Source: an uncultured Alphaproteobacteria bacterium
GTDB taxonomy: Bacteria > Pseudomonadota > Alphaproteobacteria > HIMB59 > GCA-002718135
Direction: 5' to 3'
Length of the DNA stretch: 64,000 nucleotides
NCBI GenBank assembly: GCA_902577945.1
Contig: CACHBB010000004.1
Span: 2,255 to 66,254, forward strand
A program made the position numbers and the translations under genes. Shown one piece after another: positions 39,831 through 49,331 of this stretch. Each line of letters opens with the position of its first letter. The stretch's first letter is position 1. The notes under the pieces were generated by a model. The model saw only the letters and a list, made by a program, of their open reading frames with translations. It did not search any database and was not told the origin of the DNA.

Positions 39831-40274
39831 TTAGTGTTTATGGCTATGTGTTCTTCCCATACCATAAGCGCCACCTTCTGGTTTAAATTTTTCAAAAACT
39901 TTTTTTACTTTTCCATTTAATTTTAGAATCATATCAAGAATTATAGCATCATCTTGAATTAGAATTCTGTTATCTTCAATTTGACAAGGTAAGTGCCTAT
40001 TTCCTATGTGCCATATGATTTGTTTTAAATTATCACCTTTAATTTCAATTAAATTTTCTTCCTTAGATAATACTTTGATTAAATTTCCATTCTCTAATTC
40101 AAAAAAATGATTTTCATCCACACTTACCGTCTCTTTAAGATTTACTATAAATTCAGTACCATTATTTGCTATTAATTTTTTTCGACGAATAAACCTCTCT
40201 TCATAAGAGAGAGTAATTTCATCTAATATTTCTTTATTTTGATTTTGATTAGTTATTTTGAAAGAAGTTTCCAT
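39831..40274 (-). CDS. ureE: urease nickel chaperone
   Basis: WHIGNRHLP, FKPEGGAYG, short His tail THSHKH. Confidence 0.94.
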   Translation of the reverse strand: METSFKITNQNQNKEILDEITLSYEERFIRRKKLIANNGTEFIVNLKETVSVDENHFFELENGNLIKVLSKEENLIEIKGDNLKQIIWHIGNRHLPCQIEDNRILIQDDAIILDMILKLNGKVKKVFEKFKPEGGAYGMGRTHSHKH

Positions 40275-40275
40275 T

Positions 40276-41982
40276 TTAGTACATAAAATAACGTTGCGCT
40301 AAAGGCAATGTTTTAGCTGGTTCACATGTAATTAACTCACCATCAGCTACTACTTCATAAGTCTCTGGATTAACTTCTATATTTGGGCAATAATCGTTTA
40401 AAATCATATCCTTCTTAGAAATTTTTCTAATATTTTTAACGGGTAATAAAGATTTACTAATTCCAGAATTTTCAAATGAATTTTTTTCTAAAGATGCTTT
40501 ACTCACGAAAGTCGCAGTAGATTTTTCTAATGATTTTCCAAATGAAGAGAACATTGGTCGTGAATACACTGGTTGTGGTGTTGGAATTGAAGCATTTGGA
40601 TCACCCATTTGTGCACAAGAAATATTCCCACCTTGCAAGATTATTTCAGGTTTAACACCAAAGAACGCTGTGTCCCAAATAACAATATCCGCGCGTTTAT
40701 TTTTTTCTATACTCCCAATATGATCAGAAATACCGTGAGCTATTGCAGGATTGATTGTATATTTAGCAATATATCTTTTTACACGAAAATTATCATTATC
40801 ACCTTGCTCTTCTTTTAGTTTTCCACGTTGCACTTTCATTTTATGCGCGGTTTGCCATGTTCTAATAATAACTTCACCAACACGACCCATGGCTTGACTA
40901 TCAGAAGCAATAATTGAAAAAGCACCCATGTCATGCAGTATATCTTCTGCGGCAATTGTTTCTTTTCGAATTCGACTTTCAGCAAATGCCACATCTTCAG
41001 GTATTGATTTATCTAGATGATGACAAACCATCAACATATCTAAATGCTCTTCAATTGTATTAACCGTATATGGTCTTGTTGGATTTGTAGATGATGGAAT
41101 AACATATTCTTCACCACAAACTTTAATTATATCTGGTGCATGACCTCCACCAGCTCCTTCAGTATGAAAAGCATGAATTGTTCTTCCATTAATGGCTTTA
41201 ATTGTACTCTCAACAAATCCACTTTCATTTAATGTATCTGTATGAATCATTACTTGAATGTCATTATCATCAGCTACATTTAAACAATTATCTATTGCAG
41301 CTGGAGTTGTGCCCCAATCTTCATGTAATTTTAGTGAAGATGCACCAGCAATTACTTGTTCTTCAAGAGCTTGAGGCAATGAACTATTTCCTTTTCCCGC
41401 AAATGCCAAGTTCATTGAAAATGCATCTGCAGATTGTATCATTTTTTCTATATGCCACGGTCCAGGAGTAACTGTTGTTGCTAATGTACCATGTGCTGGA
41501 CCTGTCCCCCCTCCTAACATTGTTGTGATACCTGAGTGAAGAGAGTCATCAATTTGCTGAGGACAAATAAAATGAATATGACTATCAAATCCTCCAGCTG
41601 TTATAATTTTTCCTTCTCCTGCAATTATTTCTGTTCCAGGTCCAATAATAATATTTACATTTGGTTGTGTATCAGGATTACCAGCATTTCCAATTTCGTT
41701 AATTAATCCATCTTTAAGACCAATGTCGGCTTTGTAAATTCCATTTACATCAACAATTAAAGCATTGGTTATAACAGTATCAACCGCACCCTCTTGACGA
41801 GATACTTGAGATTGACCCATTCCATCTCGAATAACTTTTCCTCCGCCAAATTTTACTTCCTCTCCATATGTTGTTAAATCTTTTTCTACTTCAATAAAAA
41901 GTTCTGTGTCAGCAAGTCTGACTTTATCTCCAGTTGTTGGTCCATACATATCTGCATATGCGTTTCTATCTATTTTTTTCAT
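40276..41982 (-). CDS. ureC: urease alpha subunit
   Basis: [45 protein letters not shown]. Confidence 0.99.
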   Translation of the reverse strand: MKKIDRNAYADMYGPTTGDKVRLADTELFIEVEKDLTTYGEEVKFGGGKVIRDGMGQSQVSRQEGAVDTVITNALIVDVNGIYKADIGLKDGLINEIGNAGNPDTQPNVNIIIGPGTEIIAGEGKIITAGGFDSHIHFICPQQIDDSLHSGITTMLGGGTGPAHGTLATTVTPGPWHIEKMIQSADAFSMNLAFAGKGNSSLPQALEEQVIAGASSLKLHEDWGTTPAAIDNCLNVADDNDIQVMIHTDTLNESGFVESTIKAINGRTIHAFHTEGAGGGHAPDIIKVCGEEYVIPSSTNPTRPYTVNTIEEHLDMLMVCHHLDKSIPEDVAFAESRIRKETIAAEDILHDMGAFSIIASDSQAMGRVGEVIIRTWQTAHKMKVQRGKLKEEQGDNDNFRVKRYIAKYTINPAIAHGISDHIGSIEKNKRADIVIWDTAFFGVKPEIILQGGNISCAQMGDPNASIPTPQPVYSRPMFSSFGKSLEKSTATFVSKASLEKNSFENSGISKSLLPVKNIRKISKKDMILNDYCPNIEVNPETYEVVADGELITCEPAKTLPLAQRYFMY

Positions 41983-42290
41983 TATAATGCACCCATAACT
42001 TTATTATTAAAACCAAATATTTTTCTATTTCCAGCTATTGGAATTAATTCAACATCTTTTGATTGACCTGGTTCAAATCGAACAGCAGTACCTGATGGTA
42101 TGTCTAAACGCATACCATTTGATTTTACTCTATCAAATTTTAAATATTCGTTTGTTTCAGCAAAATGATAATGACTTCCAACTTGTATAGGTCGATCTCC
42201 ACTATTTGAAACTTTAATAGTGATTGAGTGTCTGTTATCATTTAAACAGATATCACTATTTTGTTTGATAATTATTTCTCCAGGTTTCAT
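41982..42290 (-). CDS. ureB: urease beta subunit
   Basis: [32 protein letters not shown]. Confidence 0.98.
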   Translation of the reverse strand: MKPGEIIIKQNSDICLNDNRHSITIKVSNSGDRPIQVGSHYHFAETNEYLKFDRVKSNGMRLDIPSGTAVRFEPGQSKDVELIPIAGNRKIFGFNNKVMGAL

Positions 42291-42592
42291 TATCTAATCG
42301 GTTTATGTACTGTTACTAACTTTGTTCCATCAGGAAATGTTGCTTCAACTTGCACCTCTTGAATCATATCAGGTATTCCATCCATACAATCTTGTTTTTT
42401 AACAACATGTGCTCCAGTCTCCATCAATTCTGATACCATTTTACCATCTCTTGCTCCTTCAATGACAAAGTCTGTAATTAAAGCTATAGCTTCTGGATAA
42501 TTAAGTTTAACTCCTCTTTGTAAACGATTTCTAGCAACGTTTGCTGCCATACTGATCATTAACTTATCTTTTTCTCTTGGTGTTAGTTTCAT
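42290..42592 (-). CDS. ureA: urease gamma subunit
   Basis: [33 protein letters not shown]. Confidence 0.99.
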   Translation of the reverse strand: MKLTPREKDKLMISMAANVARNRLQRGVKLNYPEAIALITDFVIEGARDGKMVSELMETGAHVVKKQDCMDGIPDMIQEVQVEATFPDGTKLVTVHKPIR

Positions 42593-43387
42593 TTATAAAT
42601 CCCATGTTGTTGGAAGTTTATCATGAATTATTTTATTCATAATAAATTTTAGTGTTTTTTTTAAATGATAATTATCATCTGCTAGGCATCTGATAATAAT
42701 TTTATCATCAAATTTTGTCATTTCAACGTAGTGTTTATTTATATTTTTAAGGGTTTTTCTTAATTCATCTTCAATTTGGTTAATTATTTCACCAAATATT
42801 AAAATTGTTGATAAAGTTGATTGATTAGAAAATGTATAATTGTTTTTATAATTTGCATTGATTAAACCATTTATATTTACTGTTTCAAAATGTTTCAAAG
42901 ATGAATTTACATAAATTTTCCAATTATCAACTAATGAAATTTTTTTAATTTTTTCAGACATTGCCTTTCGTCCAAAAATTGATGTTTCACAAAATATTAA
43001 ATTTGAATTGTTTGTAAGATTTATATTTATTTTCCTATCTAACTTTGAATTATTAAATAAAATTAATTCTTTTGGTAACCAATATAAAGTTGAATTTTTA
43101 AGTGTTATATTAATTTCTACATTGGCAGGATCTCCTATACCTGCATAAATTTTTTCTGCAGCTTGCGTGCTTACACTTATATCAGAATTAGTCGCAGTTA
43201 TGTTTGTTTTAATTTTATCATTACACGTTATTCCACCAGCTGTATTAATTAAAACAATTTCTTGATTTGTATTATAATTATTAGGAAATAAAACTCTACA
43301 ACAGCCATTTTGAAATAATTTTATTATATTGTTATTTTTAAATTTAATATCACTAAAACCATTAGATCGTTCTAAAATTTTATGCAT
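42593..43387 (-). CDS. ureD: urease accessory protein
   Basis: LINTAGGI...D, STQAAEKIY, WLPKELILF, FGRKAMSE. Confidence 0.93.
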   Translation of the reverse strand: MHKILERSNGFSDIKFKNNNIIKLFQNGCCRVLFPNNYNTNQEIVLINTAGGITCNDKIKTNITATNSDISVSTQAAEKIYAGIGDPANVEINITLKNSTLYWLPKELILFNNSKLDRKININLTNNSNLIFCETSIFGRKAMSEKIKKISLVDNWKIYVNSSLKHFETVNINGLINANYKNNYTFSNQSTLSTILIFGEIINQIEDELRKTLKNINKHYVEMTKFDDKIIIRCLADDNYHLKKTLKFIMNKIIHDKLPTTWDL

Positions 43388-43488
43388 ACAATTAATTTAT
43401 TGAAAATAAATCTAAAATAAATATAAATTTTTATAAAATACACTTTTTAATATACAATCTAGATTAAAATATAGGATATAGTTTAAAT

Positions 43489-43896
43489 TTGATGAATAAA
43501 TACATTTTAATATTTTTTATATTTATTTTTATCTCACCTGTGAATGTTATTGCAAATCAAATTAAACCTTTAGCTGAATTAAAATTATATGACTCTGAAA
43601 ATTATACTCTTCATTTAATGGAAAGATGCTCTGTTTTATATGCAGCGTTATCTATTTTAGAAAACAATAATGACTATGAAAATAAATATAAAGTTTTTTT
43701 ACAATCTTCAATAATTGCAAAAAATAAACTATTCCCAGATATAGATGAAGCAACATTATATAAAAACAGCATAGAAGATTTTAAAATATCACTTAGTTTT
43801 TTTCTTCAAATATTAAAACAAAATTACCTAAAAAATAAATCATATTTAAGTGAAGAATGGTTAGTGGATGATTTTAATACATGTTTAAAGTTATAA
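43489..43896 (+). CDS. exported helical hypothetical protein
   Basis: Signal peptide; Cys in ERCS and terminal D...C. Confidence 0.6.
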   Translation: MMNKYILIFFIFIFISPVNVIANQIKPLAELKLYDSENYTLHLMERCSVLYAALSILENNNDYENKYKVFLQSSIIAKNKLFPDIDEATLYKNSIEDFKISLSFFLQILKQNYLKNKSYLSEEWLVDDFNTCLKL

Positions 43897-43926
43897 AACA
43901 TATAAAATATTTTTATTTTTTTTGAC

Positions 43927-44694
43927 TCACCATCTAAGACTCATACAACTTAATCCAGCATCAATTTTTGATATTTCATTTATATTAATTTTTATTAGAT
44001 CGTATTTCGATGATAGTATTTCTTCTATTTTAAAAAAACCATCCGCTATAAGTATTTTGTTATTAACTCTCAAAGCATTTGCCGCAAGCTCTTCTCCCTC
44101 TGGCAATTTAATTAATTGAAAATTTTTACGAAGATAATCAATTTTTGACATTCTCTGACTAACTAATAATGTTTCTTCATCAATATAACTACATTCTGAT
44201 TTAAAATGTAGAATGTCATTAGAAGTTTTACAAATTTTAACAGATGCGCCTAATAATTTAAGTAAAATTGATAAGTTTTTTGCACCTAATTCATTAGTTC
44301 TTTTCGACAAACCTATAATAAAATGGTTATTAATATTTAAAATATCACCTCCTTCAATATTGCCATTTTCAATAATAAATATATTTTGAAAATAATTTAC
44401 GATTTCATTTTTTATTATTTTACTTTCGCCTATTCTTGACGGATGATATGGTTTTAAAATGATACAATTAGATTTATAAATAAGAGCTGGATCTTCAATA
44501 AACACACTATCAGGAAAATTTTTCAAACTCTCAAGATTGTGAATTAAAATTCCAGAATTTTTTAAACCTTTGACATAATCATTATGTTCTTTTAAAATTA
44601 GTTCATATTCAGGCTTAATATTACGAGAACTTAAAGCATTTATAATACTTTTACTTGGTTTTCTTACTAATGCATTTTTAAATATATGTGTCAT
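43927..44694 (-). CDS. dimethylarginine dimethylaminohydrolase / amidinotransferase family protein
   Basis: FPDSVFIED, SRIGE, IEGGD, RTN..GA, LHFKS, GLSCMSLRW with catalytic Cys; start moved to MTH so it does not overlap the tRNA. Confidence 0.88.
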   Translation of the reverse strand: MTHIFKNALVRKPSKSIINALSSRNIKPEYELILKEHNDYVKGLKNSGILIHNLESLKNFPDSVFIEDPALIYKSNCIILKPYHPSRIGESKIIKNEIVNYFQNIFIIENGNIEGGDILNINNHFIIGLSKRTNELGAKNLSILLKLLGASVKICKTSNDILHFKSECSYIDEETLLVSQRMSKIDYLRKNFQLIKLPEGEELAANALRVNNKILIADGFFKIEEILSSKYDLIKININEISKIDAGLSCMSLRW

Positions 44695-44700
44695 AATTAA

Positions 44701-44777
44701 TGGCGTGCCCGGCATGATTCGAACATGCGACCCCCAGATTAGGAATCTGGTGCTCTATCCTACTGAGCTACGGGCAC
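44701..44777 (-). tRNA. tRNA-Arg (CCT)
   Basis: GTGCCCGTAGCTCAGTAGGATAGAGCA-CCAGA-TTCCTAA-TCTGG-GGGTC-GCATG-TTCGAAT-CATGC-CGGGCAC-GCCA: full cloverleaf with encoded CCA. Confidence 0.97.
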
Positions 44778-44793
44778 TAGATTTATATTAAAA

Positions 44794-45480
44794 TTAATTA
44801 TAAAATTTTCCTACTAAAAATAAACCTAATGAAACAGAAAAACCTATACCAACTGCATATATAACTGTTCCTATCCCTACTATACCACCAAGATAAAATC
44901 CAATTCCAACCGCGCTAAGTTCAAGTAAAGTTCTTATAAGGGCTATGGATTGATTGGTTTGCTTATTAATACCAGTCATTAATCCATCACGAGGTCCAGG
45001 ACCTAAATTTGCAGCAAGATAATATCCACTTCCTATTCCAATAATAAATATACCAATAAAAACTTGGATTAATTGAAATAAGAATTCTTTAGGGTACGGT
45101 AAAAAAAATAATGATAGATCTATTACAACTGATATTAAAATTGCATTTAATATAGTCCCAACGCCTGGCTTTTGTTTTAGAGGAAACCATAATAATAATA
45201 CAGCAACACTTACTATGAATGTTGTAATACCGATTGTATAACCTGTTTTAAAAGCTAAACCTTGATGAAGAACAAACCATGGACTAACTCCTATATTTGC
45301 AGTAATTAATAGAGCTTCACCAATACCAAATAAAATTAAACCTAAAATTAAATAAAAAATGGTTTTTATTTTTGGCTTTAAATTATACTCATATTCAGAA
45401 CTCCAATGTAATTCAGGTATTTTTTTCAGAGTTAATATATAAATTAGGTTTTTAAGCATAAATTTTGTTTCCTTTATCAC
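44794..45480 (-). CDS. YczE/YyaS family membrane protein
   Basis: IGVSPW, GVGTILN, LGPGPRDGLM, VGIGTV; true start may be 45459. Confidence 0.82.
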   Translation of the reverse strand: MIKETKFMLKNLIYILTLKKIPELHWSSEYEYNLKPKIKTIFYLILGLILFGIGEALLITANIGVSPWFVLHQGLAFKTGYTIGITTFIVSVAVLLLWFPLKQKPGVGTILNAILISVVIDLSLFFLPYPKEFLFQLIQVFIGIFIIGIGSGYYLAANLGPGPRDGLMTGINKQTNQSIALIRTLLELSAVGIGFYLGGIVGIGTVIYAVGIGFSVSLGLFLVGKFYN

Positions 45481-45507
45481 ATAATAGAATTAAGCTTCTA
45501 TTTATTT

Positions 45508-46686
45508 ATGAGTGAGATCTATAATTATATTGATCAAAGTAAGTTGTCTGTTGTTTTAAAATCTATTGAACACGCTCATGGACTACCAAATGAATGTTAT
45601 CTTGAAGGTCCATACAATAAAATTGAAAGAAAAAAAATTTTTGAAAATAATTGGGTTGTTGTAGGAACTGCAAGTTCTATACCTGTTCCAGGTGATATAA
45701 AGTCATTCAATTTATTAGGTATACCATTAATTTTAGTAAGAGATAATAACTATAAAGTTAGAGTTTTCCATAATGTTTGTAGTCATAGAGGATACAAACT
45801 AATCAGCCAAGATTGTCATTTAAGAAAAGTTATTAAATGTCCTTATCATTCATGGTCTTATGATTTTACAGGTAAATTAGTTGCTACTCCACATATTGGT
45901 GGTGTCAATATTCATGATCATAATGATTTTAGAAAAGATGATAGCGGGTTAAAAGAAGTTAAATCAATAATTTGGTTGGATTTAATTATTGTTAATATTT
46001 CTAATGATGCAATTCCATTTAATGAATATATAAAGCCATTAGAAAAAAGATGGTCAACCTTTATTGCTAAAGAAGATTATAATTTAATTTACCATCCTAA
46101 AGATTATGGTTATTTTAATTTTGAAGCTAAGTGTAATTGGAAATTTGCTATTGAAAATTTTTGTGAAAGTTATCATCTACCTTTTGTGCATCCAAATCTT
46201 AACAAATACTCTAAAATTGATGATCATTATCATATTCAAGGCCTGCCTAATCGTTTTGCCGGTCAAGGAACATTAGTATACAATCCAAAATTTAAGAATA
46301 ATAAGTCATTTCCAAACTTTCCTAGTTGGCCAAGTAAAAAAGATAAGCAAGCAGAATATGTGGCATTATTTCCTAATGTAATGATAGGAATTCATAAAGA
46401 TCATTATTATGCTTTCTGGTTAGAGCCCATTAATCATGAAAAGACACTTGAGCATATGGAAATATATTATGTAGGAGAAGAAGCAGCTTTTTCAGATAAG
46501 TATAAAAATATTAGAGAAGAAAATTTTATTCAATGGAAAAATATAATGAGAGAAGATTTAGATATTATAGAAGGTATGCAAGAGGGAAGAAATTCTCCAG
46601 CTTATAATGGTGGAAATTTTTCACCTGCGCTTGATAATCCAACACACCATTTTGCGAAATGGGTTGCAAGTTCACTAATTAATTAA
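45508..46686 (+). CDS. Rieske non-heme iron oxygenase alpha subunit (choline monooxygenase / quaternary-amine group)
   Basis: Rieske motif CSHRG...CPYHSW; mononuclear Fe ligands ESYHLPFVHP and EDLDIIEGMQ. Confidence 0.88.
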   Translation: MSEIYNYIDQSKLSVVLKSIEHAHGLPNECYLEGPYNKIERKKIFENNWVVVGTASSIPVPGDIKSFNLLGIPLILVRDNNYKVRVFHNVCSHRGYKLISQDCHLRKVIKCPYHSWSYDFTGKLVATPHIGGVNIHDHNDFRKDDSGLKEVKSIIWLDLIIVNISNDAIPFNEYIKPLEKRWSTFIAKEDYNLIYHPKDYGYFNFEAKCNWKFAIENFCESYHLPFVHPNLNKYSKIDDHYHIQGLPNRFAGQGTLVYNPKFKNNKSFPNFPSWPSKKDKQAEYVALFPNVMIGIHKDHYYAFWLEPINHEKTLEHMEIYYVGEEAAFSDKYKNIREENFIQWKNIMREDLDIIEGMQEGRNSPAYNGGNFSPALDNPTHHFAKWVASSLIN

Positions 46687-46741
46687 ATATATCCAGAATC
46701 ATATAATACTTATAAAGTATAATAATTTAAAAGGAGGTAAA

Positions 46742-47143
46742 ATGATAGAAACTGCTGGAGGAATGATTCCTTTCTTATGTCATGTTTTTTTAATTTTATT
46801 CGGAGGTTTCTTTGGCTTAAGTTTTGCTTTTAATAAAAACTTTGTCAAAAACAGTATAGGTTTTGAATCAAAAGATGCGATGTACATGGGAAGACCACTA
46901 GGCTTCTTAATGATAGGAGTTGTATTGATGCTAATAGCTACGTTATTTCAAATTGGTGATTTTAAATCACCCAATGAAGTAATCGGTATTATGTTTATTT
47001 TTACTATTATTGCTTTTTGTTACAATGTTGGAACAACATTAAAAATTTTTGAAAGTTTTGATGGAAAAGATTGGCCAATAAAGCATGCTATAAGACCATT
47101 AATACCAATGATAGTAATTATAATCAGATATTTTACTTTATAA
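46742..47143 (+). CDS. 4-TM hypothetical membrane protein (paralog of 33361-33792)
   Basis: AGGMIPFLCHV, FNKNF, IGF, RPLG; SD AGGAGG; followed by a terminator. Confidence 0.78.
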   Translation: MIETAGGMIPFLCHVFLILFGGFFGLSFAFNKNFVKNSIGFESKDAMYMGRPLGFLMIGVVLMLIATLFQIGDFKSPNEVIGIMFIFTIIAFCYNVGTTLKIFESFDGKDWPIKHAIRPLIPMIVIIIRYFTL

Positions 47144-47151
47144 ATCTTAAT

Positions 47152-47175
47152 GCGGCATTTAATGCCGCTTTTTTT
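47152..47175 (+). terminator. intrinsic terminator
   Basis: GCGGCATT-t-AATGCCGC followed by T7. Confidence 0.8.
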
Positions 47176-47572
47176 AATTAAAATAACTTCTAATTCTATT
47201 TCTTGATGCAAAATGTAAGATTAATGAAACTATAAACAAAAATAAAACAAAATAATATTCTCTATATTCAACTTGGCTTGTGTAAAAAACAAATAAACAA
47301 CAAAGTGTAAATGATTTAATGTAAATTTCTAAAAACTGAAGAGGATAAAGTTTTTCTGATTGAAAAAAAATATATCTAAAACCAAAGTATGCAAAAGTTA
47401 AAAAAACAGCTAATCTGACTGAAGTAATTCTATGATATGGTATTTCTTGTTTTTCAACTATAGTGAATGGAAAATAAATAGTTACACCCATAATCTCTGC
47501 AATTATAAATACTATTGCCCATAAGCTTAATAAACCAATTATAATTTTAGCTAATGTTTTTACCATAATCAA
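47174..47572 (-). CDS. hypothetical membrane protein
   Basis: About 4 TM segments; IPYHR..SVRLAVF. Confidence 0.65.
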   Translation of the reverse strand: MIMVKTLAKIIIGLLSLWAIVFIIAEIMGVTIYFPFTIVEKQEIPYHRITSVRLAVFLTFAYFGFRYIFFQSEKLYPLQFLEIYIKSFTLCCLFVFYTSQVEYREYYFVLFLFIVSLILHFASRNRIRSYFN

Positions 47573-47682
47573 AAATATGGTCTTTTTTTTACAAGGGTTT
47601 TGACCAACCTTTTTTTACATTTAAACTAAATTTTAAAAAAAAACATAAATATTGATTTGATTGCAGAAAACTATGTTATTTT

Positions 47683-48078
47683 TTACCTAAAGTTTTCTTT
47701 AATTGGTGAAAAATAAAGCAAAATTAAGATAGCACCAGATACCATGCCTCCTAATTGATCTAATACAGTACCTAAAGAAGTATAAACAACTGAACCATTA
47801 AAATAATTTATGAGTATTCCTGAGACTATTAAAAACAAATATAATTTTTTACCATAAGAAATAAAACGATAAAGTAAGTTTAAAGTTAATAGATACAAAA
47901 AAAATAAGATTATCGATAATATCATAGAAAAATTTTCATATTTAGCAAGTAAGCCTTTTTCTAAATATTGATTAATAGCATTTAAATTATTGGAGTCGTA
48001 AGTAGATGACACAACAATAAGGACTAAAAGAGCAAAATCAATGATAATTAAATTTTTAAAAATTTTCTCAATTTCCAT
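47683..48078 (-). CDS. hypothetical membrane protein
   Basis: 4 TM segments ending G.IL..LYFSPIKENF. Confidence 0.65.
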   Translation of the reverse strand: MEIEKIFKNLIIIDFALLVLIVVSSTYDSNNLNAINQYLEKGLLAKYENFSMILSIILFFLYLLTLNLLYRFISYGKKLYLFLIVSGILINYFNGSVVYTSLGTVLDQLGGMVSGAILILLYFSPIKENFR

Positions 48079-48157
48079 ATTTATTAAAAATTAACCCTTT
48101 ATAATTTTAATAATAATTAACTTTATTTTATTCATTTTATAAAAACCAAATTAATTA

Positions 48158-48886
48158 TTAATTTTCATAATCTTTTAATGATCTAATAAAACAAATCCAT
48201 GTAAAATAGCCTGTACAGATTAACCAAATTATTAAAACAATAGTATCATTAATTATTAAATTAAATTCCGACTTAGTTACTAATCTTAGGGTAGTAGCTG
48301 CCCATATAACTGTAAAAAAAATAGTTAAATTTCTAAATGATTTTACTCTTAATGGATGAACAAATTTCCAGGGAACAAATGTCAAGATAGATAAGATGAT
48401 TATAACAATTAAATTGATCCATTCATTTGTATTTAAGATAAAAAAATATAAAACAACAACATTCCATACTGCAGGAAAACCTTGAAAATAATAATCATCA
48501 GTTTTCATATTAACATTGATAAATGTGTATAAAGAAACTCCAAAAATTAATGCAGGTAAAATTAATTCAAAACCGTTTGGAACCATTTGAAACCAATAAA
48601 TCATAAGTGCAGGATTAATAACGTAATTTAAATAATCAATTATAGAGTCTAAAATTATACCATCAAGGTTTGGTGCTTTTTCTTCTACACCTACTCTTCT
48701 TGCAAGAGTCCCATCAACTCCATCAACAAGTAAAGCCATTCCAAGCCATAGAAAACTCCCAACCTGATCATCATTTAAAATTGATACTAGAGCTAAAAAC
48801 CCTAGGATAGCGCCAGAACCTGTAAATGCATGAACTCCCCATGCTGAAATTTGATCTTTATTGACTTTCATATAATGCCAGTCCAT
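48158..48886 (-). CDS. pcs: phosphatidylcholine synthase
   Basis: AWGVHAFTGSG, CDP-alcohol motif DGVDGTLARR...DG..LD.IIDY, FQGFPAVWN, FVHPLRV. Confidence 0.9.
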   Translation of the reverse strand: MDWHYMKVNKDQISAWGVHAFTGSGAILGFLALVSILNDDQVGSFLWLGMALLVDGVDGTLARRVGVEEKAPNLDGIILDSIIDYLNYVINPALMIYWFQMVPNGFELILPALIFGVSLYTFINVNMKTDDYYFQGFPAVWNVVVLYFFILNTNEWINLIVIIILSILTFVPWKFVHPLRVKSFRNLTIFFTVIWAATTLRLVTKSEFNLIINDTIVLIIWLICTGYFTWICFIRSLKDYEN

Positions 48887-48953
48887 TTAACATTAAATTT
48901 AAACAAAGTTTAGTTAATTAAAACTATTCCTAGAGTTTTGGGAAATAATATAT

Positions 48954-49331
48954 TTATAAAAGAGATATTATATCTTTGTCTCCTTCAGCAAAATTATAAT
49001 TATTAAATTCTTCTTTTGATACCCAAGCTGCTTCTTCATGTTCTTTTAAAGTAATATTCCCTTTTATAATTGTGCAAAAAAAATAATGTAAATGAACATT
49101 AATTTTTTTATCACTATAATGTTCTTCACCTAACTTACTATCTACTGTAATATCAACATTTAATTCTTCTTTTATTTCTCTTATTACGGTTTCCTCTAGA
49201 GTTTCATTATCATCTTGTTTCCCCCCTGGAAATTCATAATAACCTCCGAGATGTTTATCTTTATTTCTTTTAGCAATAAAATATTTATTATTTTTTTTAA
49301 GAACAGCAGCAGCAACATTAATTTTTTTCAT
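48954..49331 (-). CDS. mutT: 8-oxo-dGTP diphosphatase (Nudix)
   Basis: IAKR....HLGGYYEFPGGK...ETLEETVIREIKEEL Nudix box. Confidence 0.85.
   Translation of the reverse strand: MKKINVAAAVLKKNNKYFIAKRNKDKHLGGYYEFPGGKQDDNETLEETVIREIKEELNVDITVDSKLGEEHYSDKKINVHLHYFFCTIIKGNITLKEHEEAAWVSKEEFNNYNFAEGDKDIISLL

Noticed and set aside
39830-39895. Longer ureF start from the ORF track
   Set aside because: It overlaps ureE by 65 nt; the ATG at 39829 directly follows the ureE stop.
44695-44715. N-terminal MPGTPLI extension of the DDAH-like ORF
   Set aside because: It overlaps the tRNA acceptor stem; the ATG at 44694 is more plausible.
44701-44730. tRNA-Arg as att site of an integrative element
   Set aside because: I saw no duplicated tRNA 3' fragment and no integrase in the window.
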